In this document: piece after piece, positions 1-12,509 of the stretch
Position numbering within the stretch: position 1 is the stretch's first letter
Layout of the letters: the number at the start of each line of letters is the position of its first letter
DNA from: Octopus sinensis
Lineage: Eukaryota
Direction: 5' to 3'
Length of the DNA: 64,000 nucleotides
Assembly: GCF_006345805.1 (NCBI RefSeq)
Contig: NW_021835462.1
Span: 1 to 64,000 of the forward strand
Notes under the pieces: generated by a model
Database searches by the model: none
Told to the model about the DNA's origin: nothing
What the model saw: only the letters and a program-made list of their open reading frames with translations
Made by a program: the position numbers and the translations under genes

Positions 1-330
1 GAATAGTTGCAGGATAATTGGCATTTCTTGTGTTCCTGTTGAATAATTCATGAAGTTTCTTGTGTTTGTGGTATCGTTTGTTGATTAAGGAGAGGAATTG
101 GTTCGCCACGCACATTATGACGTTCCTGGCGAACGGTCAATTAAACAGGATCGTATTTCTCTCTCTGATTCAAAGATTTTATTCCACGTCGTCAGCGAGT
201 AACGATATTATGGAAGTATCCAGGAGCGAATGCTTTGTTGCATCTGTCCAAGGTCGTGTCGAAAATGTCTTCGTTGGTGGAGATACGGCTATTTATACGT
301 TTGCTAATTGGATTTGGTATCTCTTTAACA
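1..330 (-). mobile_element. Penelope-like retroelement ORF remnant (RT C-terminus/linker region), decayed and cut by the window edge
   Basis: The minus strand reads KEIPNPISKRINSRISTNEDIFDTTLDRCNKAFAPGY, then in another frame NTILFN*PFARNVIMCVANQFLSLINKRYHKHKKLHELFNRNT. This matches my recollection of the Penelope-like 'IPxSINRRISxISSxEEIF...IIWFNPP(F/Y)SxNVxTNVxKxFLxLIDKHFPxxHKLHKIFNRNT' segment. Stops and frameshifts are present. Confidence 0.8.
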
Positions 331-1720
331 TACACATATATAAATATGTGTGTATGTATATCTAACCACATACATATATGTGTATAGTGTATGTGTGTAA
401 GTGTGTGGAGGGTGTTAAGAAATAGAGACATAAATAGATAAATGTGCGCAATGTGCAGACATGCACAGGATGGACTACTTAATTAATAAGTTATATACAT
501 GCATACACATACATAACACATATACATGTTTGTATGTATATATATATATATATATATATAGATACACACGCACACGCGCGCATATATATATATCTGCTAA
601 AGATCAACGAGATAATATAATGAAAAAAACATGAAACCAACGTGTTTTACATGTAAGAGGACACCAAACCGGAAATGGATGTTGGATGTTTAATGATGCA
701 AGGTAAATATGTTTAGACTGCACTAAACTGCACCATCCTCCATACATGCATTCATTATTGCTACACATAAGGATTAGCATATTTTACAGATTTTTATTAC
801 AATCCACCCCACCCCCTCTTCATCCGCCTCTCTGGCCACCGTTCCCTTCACCTCGGTTTCCTTTCCTATCACACGTTCCATCGTAATCAAAACATCGTCC
901 TTTTTCGTTCTTTTGTCTTCTCTTTCCGGATTTCTCTCTCTCTCCTCCTCTCTCTCTCTCTCTCTCTCGCTCCCTCTCGCTGCCACCCTCTCTCTTTCCC
1001 TCCCCCTCTCTCGTTCTCCCTCTTACTCTCTGTTTATCTATTTTCTTCTTTCTCATCCTCATTAGTTATCCTACTACATCTGTCATTTTCGCTCATGTTC
1101 CCTACCCCACTCTTCTCTCAATCTCTCTCTCCCTCTACCACTCTCCTTCCCCCTCTCTCTTTCCTCCTTTCACCCTCTCTCTTTCTCTCTATACATATAC
1201 ACATGAACATATACAAATACATGCAAATATATATATATATATATATACATACAAATGCATCCTCATATCCTTATACGCACACACATTGTGTCGTCAAACC
1301 ACCATGTCTCTCCACCGCCAGCATTTCTACCCCCTTTCCACCCGCAATCGATCGCTCACAGAAATGCTGCTTGTTTTATCTTAGATACATGCGATTTTCC
1401 AAAACAAATATCATTAACATTACGTCTGTAATGCGGTTGCTACTGCTGCTGCTGCTATTACTGCTGCGGCTGCTGATGCTGATGATGATGATGGTGGAGG
1501 TGGTGGTGGTGGTGGTGGTGTGGTGGTGGTGGTGATGGTGGTGGTGGTGGTGGTGCGGCGAACGTTGATGAGGAACATACGTGCTCTACACCTCTAAATA
1601 ATAACCATTTCAAACTGGATGTGTGGATGCACATGGGGATGCACGTTAATTATCCAACACACACAAAATGGCGTTTGTTTACACAAGAACATACAAACAT
1701 CTACACAAACGCATACACAC

Positions 1721-1751
<31 letters not shown>

Positions 1752-1894
1752 ACATTTATACGTACGTTTATTTAAACATATATATATATAAGATATAGAT
1801 ATATACACATATATACATATTATATATATATTATATATATATATTATATATACATACATACATCATACTACACATACAGACATACATACATACA

Positions 1895-1928
<34 letters not shown>

Positions 1929-1940
1929 GTAATAATTATT

Positions 1941-2135
1941 TGAGGGAATATTCAATATAGCCACGAAACACGTGTCGCTATTCTACCAAATATATACGTT
2001 TTTATTATTATTTTGCAATTTACTTAATTATCGGTATATTATTGTTATTTTAATTTTAATATTTCTGTGTAATTTTCTAGATGGTGTAATTTAATTGTTC
2101 ATTTTGAATTGATAAAAGGTGTTTTTTTCTAATTT
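1941..2135. repeat. Interspersed AT-rich repeat, copy 1 (family shared with 16390-16585)
   Basis: About 135 bp (ttgcaatttacttaat...ttgttcattttgaattgataaaaggtg) aligns closely with 16437-16580. Confidence 0.75.
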
Positions 2136-2147
2136 ATATATATATAT

Positions 2148-2590
2148 AGGCGCAGGAGTGGCTGTGTGGTAAGTAGCTTGCTAACCAACCACATGGTTCC
2201 GGGTTCAGTCCCACTGCGTGGCATCTTGGGCAAGTGTCTTCTGCTATAGCCCTGGGCGGACCAATGCCTTGTGAGTGGATTTGGTAGACGAAAACCGAAA
2301 GAAGCTTGTCGTATATATGTATATATAATATATATATATATATATATATCTATATATATATGTATGTGTGTGTGTGTTTTGGGTGTCTGTGTTTGTCCCC
2401 CTAGCATTGCTTGACAACCGATGCTGGTGTGTTTACGTCCCCGTCACTTAGCGGTTCGGCAAAAGAGACCGATAGAATAAGTACTGGGCTTACAAACAAT
2501 AAGTCCCGGGGTCGATTTGCTCGACGAAAGGCGGTGCTCTAGCATGGCCGCAGTCATATGACTGAAACAAGTAAAAGAGTGTAAAGAGTG
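2148..2590 (+). mobile_element. tRNA-derived CORE-type SINE (octopus OR2-like), full length
   Basis: tRNA-like head with A/B boxes (ggcgcaggagtggctgtgtggtaag...ggttcagtccc), CORE-like gcatcttgggcaagtgtcttc, internal (TA)n(TG)n tract and AAAGAGT tail. Near-identical to 31051-31470. The family name is from recall. Confidence 0.85.
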
Positions 2591-3339
2591 TATATATATA
2601 TATATATATATATACCCTCTAATGGGAATGGTTATTGGGTATACAATAAGTAAGTTAGGCAGGGTCGTACTCCTTCCTCGACCCTACAAGAGTGATGTGC
2701 CCCCAGACTGACTTTTGTGTCACTACTAAAATAGCTGCTGTTCCTCTGAGATGGTTATTCTCCTACCTCAGTGACATAGGCAACCTTTTCTCAACGCTTT
2801 CATAAATCTCTGTCACTTGTCGTATTGGCGCGTCCGGCGGCCCTTGCCCCACACTTGCTACCAAGACTTGTCTTTTCACCTCAGGTATTCAATTCCACCC
2901 TCTGTAATATTCTTTCTGTTCCTTTCCTTTCTATTGGCATTAACGTCCAGGAATTTAAACTCATCAGTAACGGGTCACCGGTCTCGAGGGGCCAGTAAAG
3001 GTCAAGCACATTACCCACCTCTCTTGCTACAAGTTAAATGTGTGTGTGTGTGTGTGAATATGTGTGTGTGTGTGTGTGTGTGTGTTGTGTGTGTGTGTGC
3101 GTATGTATGCATGTGTGTGCAATATAGTCAAACCCAATAATGATATTTTGAAATCATTTAACACGTACATTTCAGGTTTGGGTAATATATAATGGGAAAT
3201 GCATCCAACACGTAAACCTTCCTCAGTTAAAGCATTTCAAAAATACATATATTTATATGTGGGTCTGTATGTGCGAGTGTGTCAGTGTGTGTGCACGTGT
3301 GTTTATGTGTGTGTGTGCTGTAATGAAAATGTATATGTG

Positions 3340-3373
<34 letters not shown>

Positions 3374-3402
3374 CGTGTGTGTGTGTGTATATATATGTAT
3401 AT

Positions 3403-3437
<35 letters not shown>

Positions 3438-3554
3438 AATATATATATTTATATAATTACACATATATGTATATACTTGTATATGTATGCATATATACGT
3501 ACAAACACAGACATACAGATACACGCACACATACACGCACTCACGCATGTGTGT

Positions 3555-3600
<46 letters not shown>

Positions 3601-3829
3601 TGTGTAAATAATTATATCATACATAATAAAACTAATAATGGTTATTAAAATAAAATGAGATCTCATCAGGCAGAAGGAAGTCATGAATTTGCAATGAACG
3701 CAGCAAATTTACAAATTTTGTCTTCATTAATTTCTAAATCCTTTTTACAGTAAAATTCACAAATGAGTATCCACCTTTAGTTAGTTCAGTCGTGATACTT
3801 CACGTGGGTGGGAGATATGACAACTACTT

Positions 3830-3876
3830 AAAAAGGGGCGCTACCAAAAAAGAAAATAGAGGTTAAAAACCACTGG
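3830..3876. mobile_element. Possible hAT-like terminal inverted repeat remnant
   Basis: aggttaaaaaccactg is the reverse complement of CAGTGGTTTTTAACCT, resembling hAT/Charlie-type termini. No partner end found. Confidence 0.3.
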
Positions 3877-3930
3877 TTTAAATTGTTGAAATATATAAAC
3901 ATATATACATACACAGGCACATATATGCTT

Positions 3931-3978
<48 letters not shown>

Positions 3979-4319
3979 GCACACATATATTATAGATTTA
4001 TTACAGGAATGAGAGATTTCTGTTAAATTTCTTGTAATGAAGTCGCTTGCCAACCTCTCAGTTGCTTCTAGGTGTTTTTTCCCCTGATGAGATAGAAATT
4101 TCAACGTATTTCAGTTGCATTAAGTCGAGTTCTTCTAGTCTTGAGGGACGTTGTAGTCTTAGAATAACATGGTAGAATCTTTTTGCTGCAGTTATTCAAT
4201 ATAGGAAATATATTAAGGAGGGAAGGGACGCCTTCTGCTACATATGAGGCACAGCTTGAGAAGATGGTTTTTTATTGATAAACAAGTGCAGTAATAAACA
4301 ACAAGGGAAACATCAATCA

Positions 4320-4686
4320 TGGCGACATTAGTAGCAGCAGCAGCATATCAACAACAAGAACAACAACACGAGCGATAACAATGACGGCAATAACAACAAC
4401 AACAACAGTAATTAGAATAGTAAGAGGAACGACATTAATAAGAGCAATGTGAACAGAAGCAACAGGGACTTCAACGGTAGCCAAGAAGCAATAAGGAAAG
4501 GAGAAAAATGGTAACGGTAAGAAGAAGAACAACAACAATAACAACGACAATAGAAATAACAAATGTAATATTAAGAACGGCATCAGCGACACTCAGAACA
4601 GAATGAAGAAGAAGAAGAAGAAGAAGAAGAAGAAGAAGAAGAAGAAGAAGACAGAAGAAGAAGAAGAAAAGAAGAAGAAGAAGAAG

Positions 4687-4718
<32 letters not shown>

Positions 4719-5320
4719 AACAACAACAACAACAACAACACAAATATAAATAACAAATGTAATATTAAGAACGGCATCAGCGACACTCAGAACAGAATGA
4801 AGAAGAAGATGATGATGATGATGAAGAAGAAGAAGAAGAAGAAGAAGAAGAAGAAGAAGAAGAAGAAGAAGAAGAACAACAACAACAACAACAACAACAA
4901 CAACGGCGACGACGACAACGACGAAAAGAAGAACAGGAAGAACACACGAGAAGAAGACAACAACCAAAACCAACAACACAACACAACGAGAAGAAAAAGA
5001 AGAAGAAGGGTAAGGGGAGTAGAGACGAAGATGAAGAAGAAAAGAAGAAAAGAAGAAAAGAAGAAGAAGAAGAAGAAGAAGGGGAACGACAGTAATATGA
5101 AGAACAAACAACAACGAGAAGAGAACAGCAACAAAAATGATAAGAAAAATTAAAAATTAAAATAATATGAAAAACAACAACAAAAAAAGAATAAGAGAAG
5201 TAAGTCAGAAGAAGAAAGAAGAAAAAAGATAAGTAAAGAAGAAGAAGAAGAAGAAGAAGAAGAAGAAGAAGAAGAAGAAGAAGAAGAAGAAGGCGACGAC
5301 GACGACGTTGATGATGCAAA
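4320..5320. repeat. Compound trinucleotide low-complexity region (GAA/CAA/GAT/GAC) with an internal tandem duplication
   Basis: Long GAA and CAA runs. A ~50-bp unique motif (acaaatgtaatattaagaacggcatcagcgacactcagaacagaatg) occurs at about 4559 and 4753. Confidence 0.9.
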
Positions 5321-5537
5321 GAGTTAATATTTGCAGTTTTGTTGAGTTGAGTTATCTGGCAATCTGTTTGGTAGTTTCATGGCACCAACTCTTTCATCTT
5401 TGACATTGCGACAATCCCAGAAGATATAAACAATTCCAGTTGTAATTAAACACCGCCATATTTGCTCTAATCTGCACCTCGGCAAACATTACTTATTCCA
5501 TCACATACATACGTATGTAGGTAGGTGTGTGTGTGTG

Positions 5538-5569
<32 letters not shown>

Positions 5570-5784
5570 CCTTTATATATACCTTCATACATATAAACAC
5601 ACATAACAGAGCATTTCCCACAAACATATAGCATCACACATAATTCATTTTCTTATTAACTTCCGTTATCTCTTATCTTTTCTGTCTCTGGTTTAATGGA
5701 TACACACACACACACACACAAACACATATACATGTGTGTGCGTATGTATGTATATGTGTATGTATATACATATATATATATATA

Positions 5785-5884
<100 letters not shown>

Positions 5885-6012
5885 ATATAATATATACACA
5901 TATAAACGTATACGTATGTACGTATATATATTATGCACAATTATATGCATGCATAAATTTATATGCAAATATGTATGATTATGTACAAATATGTAGGTTT
6001 GAATGTGAGTGG

Positions 6013-6046
<34 letters not shown>

Positions 6047-6487
6047 GCATGTGTATGCATTCATATATATATTCTAATACAAATACACAAATATGCAATA
6101 TGCATGCATACACACGCGCCTACACACACATGCTCGCACACATACACAAATATAAACACGCAAGCATAAACTTGTTTGTTTTCTTGGCGTGAAGTTTATT
6201 GTTTTACCTCTTTCATGTTTTGTAAATGAGAGAAATATGAAGATAAGTTTCGTCTTTGGTAAAGAACGATTAAAATATCATGGTTCTTTGAAACATTGGT
6301 CGATAGAATTATCGTTATAGACGAGGTAGAAGCGCGGTTGTTTGCTAGAATCGCCGAAATGAGATATCAAGTGACTTGAATGTTGCGTTCAATTCCTGCT
6401 GTAGAGACCAGTCTCATTTCAGCGGCCCAGGGGCAATTAAACCAATCATTTGAGAGTATATAGTTGGTACCCATAATGCAAAATAAT

Positions 6488-6796
6488 TACCGTATTTGAT
6501 GACCTATAAGACGCATCATTTTTTTTAAAACCCCAAAACGGCTTTAAAAAGCCTCCTGCGTTCAATGCACTCAATGTAGGTTCAAAACTCCCTCAAAACT
6601 GTATGTATATTTACAAAACGTGTGCTGCTATCTATTGGTGAACAATCATCTACAGTATGTAGATAATTATAAATTGCTGATAATTATTGGAAGGAATTAA
6701 AACATTATTTTAGTGATAATTTATTTTACAAAAGTATAGCCAAGGCTAGGGTGCGTCTTATGCACTCGTGCGTCTTATAGGCCATTCCATATGGTA
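6488..6796. mobile_element. Tc1/mariner-pogo-type MITE
   Basis: Imperfect terminal inverted repeats taccgtatttgatgacctataagacgca (6488-6515) and tgcgtcttataggccattccatatggta (6769-6796), with TA at both ends and no ORF. Confidence 0.7.
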
Positions 6797-7333
6797 TCTT
6801 TATATCTATCTTATTTCTCTTTATATATTTGTCTTCATATCTACCTCGTGAAGAAATACAAACGCTCGGCGCAATTAAAATAATGTTTCTTTTTGACCCT
6901 TTTACTGCGGAATGCAGTTTTATAGAGAAGTCTGTCTTTTGTTGAGGAATGCTATGTTTGAAACTATTTTTTTTCTTTTTTTGAGATATGTCAAATTTAT
7001 TGCGGTAACGTGACTTGCAAAACATACCAAATCTATTTTGGTGATGTTTAAAAGCATTTCTGCAACAACCATGAAATTTAATTTCGCAGTGAAACGGTTA
7101 AAACACCCGAGAAAATAAAGGCGGGAGGACGATGAAATGTAAAGCACAGACCTCCACAAGAGAAAGCACTGTCTTATGGACAAAAGAACAAGGATCGTCC
7201 TGGGTTGTCTGGATATTCAAATGAAAGAGTATCAAAGAAGATCGGACAAAAAGAAATATGATGAGGATAAAATACTACTGAAAACAACACGTGTTGATTA
7301 TAATATAACTTTAAAAATATTCTTTTCTACTCT

Positions 7334-7642
7334 AGACAGACGAAATACTGCTAATTTGAACTCAGAATGGCGGAATTTGAACTCAGAACGTAGCGGCAGA
7401 CGAAATACCTATTTCTTTACTACCCACAAGGGGCTAAACATAGAGAGGACAAACAAGGACAGACAAAGGGATTAAGTCGATAATATCGACCCCAGTACGT
7501 AACTGGTACTTATTTAATCGACCCCGAAAGGATGAAAGGCAAAGTCGACCTCGGCGGAATTTGAACTCAGAACGTAACGGCAGACTAAATACGGCTACGC
7601 ATTTCGCCCGGCGTGCTAACGTTTCTGCCAGCTCGCCGCCTT
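7334..7642 (-). mobile_element. tRNA-derived SINE family B (central gtcgactttgcctttcatcctttcggggtcgataaattaagtaccag domain, Meta-domain-like), with an extra internal unit
   Basis: Reverse complement of the family consensus ggcgagctggcagaaacgttagcacgccgggcgaaatg...gagttcaaattccgccgaggtcgac, which recurs more than 15 times in the window. The Meta-domain resemblance is from recall. Confidence 0.85.
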
Positions 7643-7674
7643 AAAGCATCAATATGTAATTTTAAAAGAAAATG

Positions 7675-7990
7675 AAGGTGGCGAGCTGGCAGAAACGTTA
7701 GCACGCCGGGCGAAATGCTTAGTAGTATTTCGTCTGCCGCCATGTTCTGAGTTCAAATTCCGCCGAGGGCGACTTTGCCTTTCATCCTTTTGGGGTCGAT
7801 TAAATAAGTACCAGTTACGCACTGGGGTCGATATAATCGACTTAATCCGTTTGTCTGTCCTTGTTTGTTCGCTCTGTGTTTATCCCTTGAGGGTAGTAAA
7901 GAAATAGGTATTTCGTCTGCCGCTACGCTCTGAGTTCAAATTCTGCCTTTCATCCTTTAAGTGTTTGATAGAATATGTACCAGTTGTGCC
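7675..7990 (+). mobile_element. SINE family B copy, head-to-head with 7334-7642
   Basis: Same consensus on the plus strand, starting about 32 bp from the head of the minus-strand copy. Confidence 0.85.
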
Positions 7991-9040
7991 TATCGTAGAA
8001 AGGATTAGTAGTAGTAGTAGTAGTATTTGTGTCGGTAGTATTGAGTTGAGGGCATCCTTCGAGCGTCGGGTAAAAGGCCCTGCTTTGCGCTATTTTTTCC
8101 TGTTCTTAAATTCTGATTTCAAATCCTGCAGAGATTAATCATTCTTTCACCCCTCCATGAACGATATAATAAAGTTCCAGTCAGTTACTCGGCTTCGTTG
8201 TATAGACTAGTCCCCTCCCTTCAAAATTTCGGCCCCTTGTGCCTGAAGTAGATAGGATCATTGTTATTATAAAGAAGAGATCTCATACGCCCTTCCTCAT
8301 GTTTCAAATAAAACTCGTCTCAGCTCCCATCGTTCCGTTAATAGTAACCTAAGATCCAGTGCACTCTAAAATCAACATAATAGTCTAAAATATCAGGGTA
8401 CAGGGTGGCAGGTAGTGAAGTAGGATTATACACCTTTCTCAAACACGCCTTGTTCATGTGCTTTACCCGTACTATCGGGATAGTGGTATGTCACAATAAA
8501 TGGATGAAATATGCTGCGGTACTTCGATATTTCGCAGGTTAACAGAATATAGAAATTACTGGTTTAAATATTTTGTTATTTATAGGGACGCTGGAGTTAA
8601 TGCATAGCACCGGATTAAATGTTTCGTATTAGGTTACCTCCTCTTTCATCCTGAGTTTTAATCACATGTAGTAAAATACTTTGTGTGATTTAACAGGGTT
8701 CTGACGTTAAGAGCTTCATGTAACTTCTAACTACTTCATCGTGTGCATTTCTGTATCTCCAAGAGCTGTACACCAGATTTGCTTTCTTGTAGAAATTGCT
8801 TCGCTTTTGGCGATATTTTAACATTTCTTTTGTTGTGTACAGTACATGCGTGCTACGTGTGTTGTGACAGTTCGTAGAGTGGTGTTTGTGTAGTATGTGA
8901 CACGGTTAGGGTTTGTAGTTCGAAGTGAGGAGCGACTAGAATATATATATATACGAGGGTTGTGACTACATGAGGTAAGTGTAATGAGGATTACCTGATA
9001 CTATTGGGTTATTGACATATAAGTTGAATCTACGCCAGCC

Positions 9041-9700
9041 ATAAAATATGTACCAAATCCTCTTTAGTTCCTCCCATTTGGGTTCCAATTCCATTGCGGG
9101 TTTTCTAGTCCCTGCACCACTAATATTTTGGTACATAATGTTTTCTAGTCCCTGACCACTAATATTTTGGTACATAAAATATGTACCAAATCCTGTTTAG
9201 TTCCTCCCATTTGGGTTCCAATTCCATTGCGGGTTTTCTAGTCCCTGCACCACTAATATTTTGGTACATAATATTTTCTAGTCTCTGCCACACTAATATT
9301 TTGGTACATAAAATATGTACCAAATCCTCTTTAGGTCCTCCCATATGGGTTTCAATTCCATTGCGGGTTTTCTAGTCCCTACACCACTAATATTTTGGTA
9401 CATAATATTTTCTAGTCCCTGCACCACTAATATTTTGGTACATAAAATATGTAACAATTCCTCTTTAGTTCCTCCCATTTGGGTTCCAATTCCATTGCGG
9501 GTTTTCTAGTCCCTGCACCACTAATATTTTGGTACATAATATTTTCTAGTCTCTGCACCACTAATATTTTGGTACATAATATTTTCTAGTCTCTGCACCA
9601 CTAATATTTTGGTACATAAAATATGTACCAAATCCTCTTTAGTTCCTCCCATCTGGGTTCCAATTCCATTGCGGGTTTTCTAGTCCCTGTACCACTAATA
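9041..9700. repeat. Higher-order minisatellite (~134-bp unit = ~94-bp + ~40-bp subunits)
   Basis: ataaaatatgtaccaaatcc-type starts at about 9041, 9174, 9308, 9442 and 9616. The step to 9616 includes one extra 40-bp subunit. Confidence 0.92.
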
Positions 9701-9856
9701 TCTTTCCCATGTTCTCCATTACAAAGTTTGTCAAACTTGAAACAAAAATGAGCACAATGTCCCTCAAAAAGCCTAATGGTTCACAACCGGGATCCACATG
9801 ATATTGAGGGTGTCCATGTAAGATTTTGTTTTTTAAAAAAAATCCTTCCTATTATA

Positions 9857-10415
9857 GGCTAAAGGCCTGAAATTTTGAGGAAGGGGGCCAGTGGATTAGA
9901 TCGACCGCAGTACGCAACTGGTACTTAAATTATCCGATAGGCAATGTCGACATCGGTGGAATTTGAACTCACAACGTAGCGGTAGACAAAATACCTATTT
10001 CTTTACTACCCACAAGGGGATAAACACAGAGAGGACAAACAAGGACAGACACACGGATCAAGTCAAGTATATCGACCCAGTGCGCAACTGGTACTTATTT
10101 AATCGACCCCGAAATGATGAAAGGCAAAGTTGACCTCGGCAGAATTTGAACTCAGAACGTAGCGGTAGACAAAATACCTTTTTCTTTACTGCTCACAAGG
10201 GGCTAAACTCAGAGGGAACAAACAAGGACAGACAAACTGATTAAGTCGATTATATCGCCCCCAGTGCGTAACTGGGTAACTGGTACTTAATTTATCGACC
10301 CCGAAAGGATGAAAGGCAAAGTCGACCTCGGCGGAATTTGAACTCAGAACATAACGGCAGGCGAAATACCGCTAAGCATTTCGCCCGGCGTGCTAACGTT
10401 TCTGCCAGCTCGCTT
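9857..10415 (-). mobile_element. SINE family B, concatemer of about three body units
   Basis: Head at about 10415. The body (ttctgagttcaaatt...gtagtaaagaaataggtatt) repeats head-to-tail. Confidence 0.85.
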
Positions 10416-10724
10416 CGCCGTTTTGTGTCGTTGCTAAAAAAAAAAAATAAATAAATAAAATAAAAAATGTGCTTTAAATGGCTTCTACTTCTGCAATGCA
10501 CAAAATATTGAAACAAATTTTTTACACAATTCCAGATATTTCATTATAAAAATATAATCAGGTTTTTTTTTTAAACATTGAATAGTTATGAAGGTCCATC
10601 CGAGTAAAAGAGGAATAAATAGGGTCCATAAGTAAAAAATAAAATTGTTGAGAAACCCTTCCTTAAATGATGGAAGAGTACACTGCACAATGTGATCCTA
10701 CGTAGACCAGATAGGGGTAATCAT

Positions 10725-10960
10725 AAGGTGGCGAGCTGGCAGAAACGTTAGCACGCCGGGCGAAATGCTTAGCAGTGTTTCGTCTGCCGTTACGTTCTGA
10801 GTTCAAATTCCACCGAGGTCCACGTTGCCTTTCATCCTTCCGGGGTCGATTAATTAAGTACCAGTTACATACTGGGGTCGATGTAGTCGACTTAATCCGT
10901 TTGTCTGTCCTTGTTTGTCCTCTCAGTGTTTAGCCCCTTGTGGGCAATAAAAATAATAAG
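10725..10960 (+). mobile_element. SINE family B copy
   Basis: Consensus match from aaggtggcgagctggcagaaacg to gggcaataaaaataataag. Confidence 0.85.
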
Positions 10961-11224
10961 ATAGGGATAGTCATGACTGGAAGTCCTGTAATTGAAGTTA
11001 TGCAACAAAAGTATTGATCTTGTGTTTTATGAAATTAAATCAATTAACATTAATTCAATAATCGTTTGACATTATTGATACATGTCACTTGTAACATTTA
11101 TTCTCCTATCAGTACACTTTGTTGTCTTCTTTCATATATATATAAAGACTACAGAAAGGAAAAACGAATCCAGTAGCCCAGTCTTCGGTCATAAATCAAT
11201 ATTAATATTAATTATGAATAAAAC

Positions 11225-11610
11225 GCAGCGAGCTGGAAGAATCGTTAAGCACGCCGCGCAAAATGTTTAGCCGTATTTCGTCTGCCGCTACGTTCTGAGT
11301 TCGAATTCCGCCGAGGTCGACTTTGCCTTTTATCCTTTCAGGGTCGATTAAATAAGTACCAGTTACGCACTGGGGTCGATATAATCGACTTAATCCGTGT
11401 GTCTGTCCTTGTTTGTCCTCTCTGTGTTTTGCCCCTTGTGGGTAGTAAAGAAATAGGTATTTCGTCTGTCGTTACGTCGTGAGTTTAAATTCCGCCGAGG
11501 TCGATTTTGCCTTTCGGAGTTAATAAAATAAGTACCTGTTGCGTACTGGGGTCAATGTAATTGACTATCCCCCTCTCCGAAATTGCTGGCCTTGTACAAA
11601 AATTTGAAAT
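11225..11610 (+). mobile_element. SINE family B copy with a second body unit
   Basis: Consensus match. The body restarts after gtagtaaagaaataggtatttcgtctg at about 11455. Confidence 0.8.
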
Positions 11611-12509
11611 CAATATTAATCATGAATTTGAACATTTTTTAATGTTCACATATATTTAATTATATGTTCTTGTTCATGATGTTCTTTAGCCTCAGCTCAG
11701 CTCTGATCAAGAAGACATGGTATTTAATGCATTCCAGTCACGACCACCCCACTTTAATTTATTCCGAGGTGGCTTTCCTGCATTTTTCTCTAAACGGTGA
11801 GATACAATACGAAGGAAATTTCATTGCTGTTCCAAGTTGGTTGAACACCCCCTCCGCACAAGTGCCGCCCTGTGCGTTTCTTCTTTTCCTTCTTCTTGTT
11901 TCTTTGTCTCAAAACATTTTCCTTTCCTTCGTCTCTCAATTATTCAACTCTGTTCATTCTTAGCAACGCTTCGCATAATTTCTTTCTTCTTCTATTTTCA
12001 CAGAGTTAATTAACCAAAAAAATCATTCGCGTGTAACTAATTAAGCGTTCACCTTTAGTTTTTACATTATAATTAATTATTTATAACCTTATTTATAGAC
12101 CCAGTGTTTGCAGTGAGAAAAAATATTCATATATTCATAATTTTCGGGCTGGTTTGTACATCCATTGTTGGCCCTTGTCGTTACTTTCTCGTCAACATAT
12201 TTTTTTTCTTTAGAAAAACTAAACGTTCTTTGAAACTTTTCAATGATTTTGCTAATTTCAACAACAAAAACTGATCGCTTTATTAATTCTCTTCTTTCGC
12301 TTAACTTTTTAATTCATTCATATTCTCAATATAAATATTTGCTCTCTTTCGTTTCTCTTCCTTCCTTCCTTCTTCCCTTCCGTCCTCTCTTTCTTCTATT
12401 CTTTCCTTCGGCCTTTGTTTTGCTCGATAGATTGTAGGTTAAGTACCCGCAACTGTTTTAACCTAGTTACCCGTGTACTGAAACAGGCCAAGACTGGTAG
12501 AGCAATTAA

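Noticed and set aside
2950-2990. CUGAUGA on the minus strand (2961-2967) with a weak GUUU/GGAC stem
   Set aside because: GAAA is replaced by GUUA and there is no coherent helix I or III, so it cannot be supported as a hammerhead.
6860-7183. Possible pogo transposase N-terminus (RFTAKLNFMVVAE) beside the MITE
   Set aside because: Similarity is too short and it lies outside the MITE terminal repeats; not supportable without a search.
9041-9700. CRISPR-like appearance of hairpin-containing repeats
   Set aside because: Intervening sequences are constant rather than unique spacers, there are no cas genes, and the context is eukaryotic.
8953-9790. tacgagggttgtg at ~8953 as a mariner-type terminus enclosing the minisatellite
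   Set aside because: Only an 8-bp complement (tcacaacc, 9781) was found, which is insufficient for a terminal inverted repeat pair.
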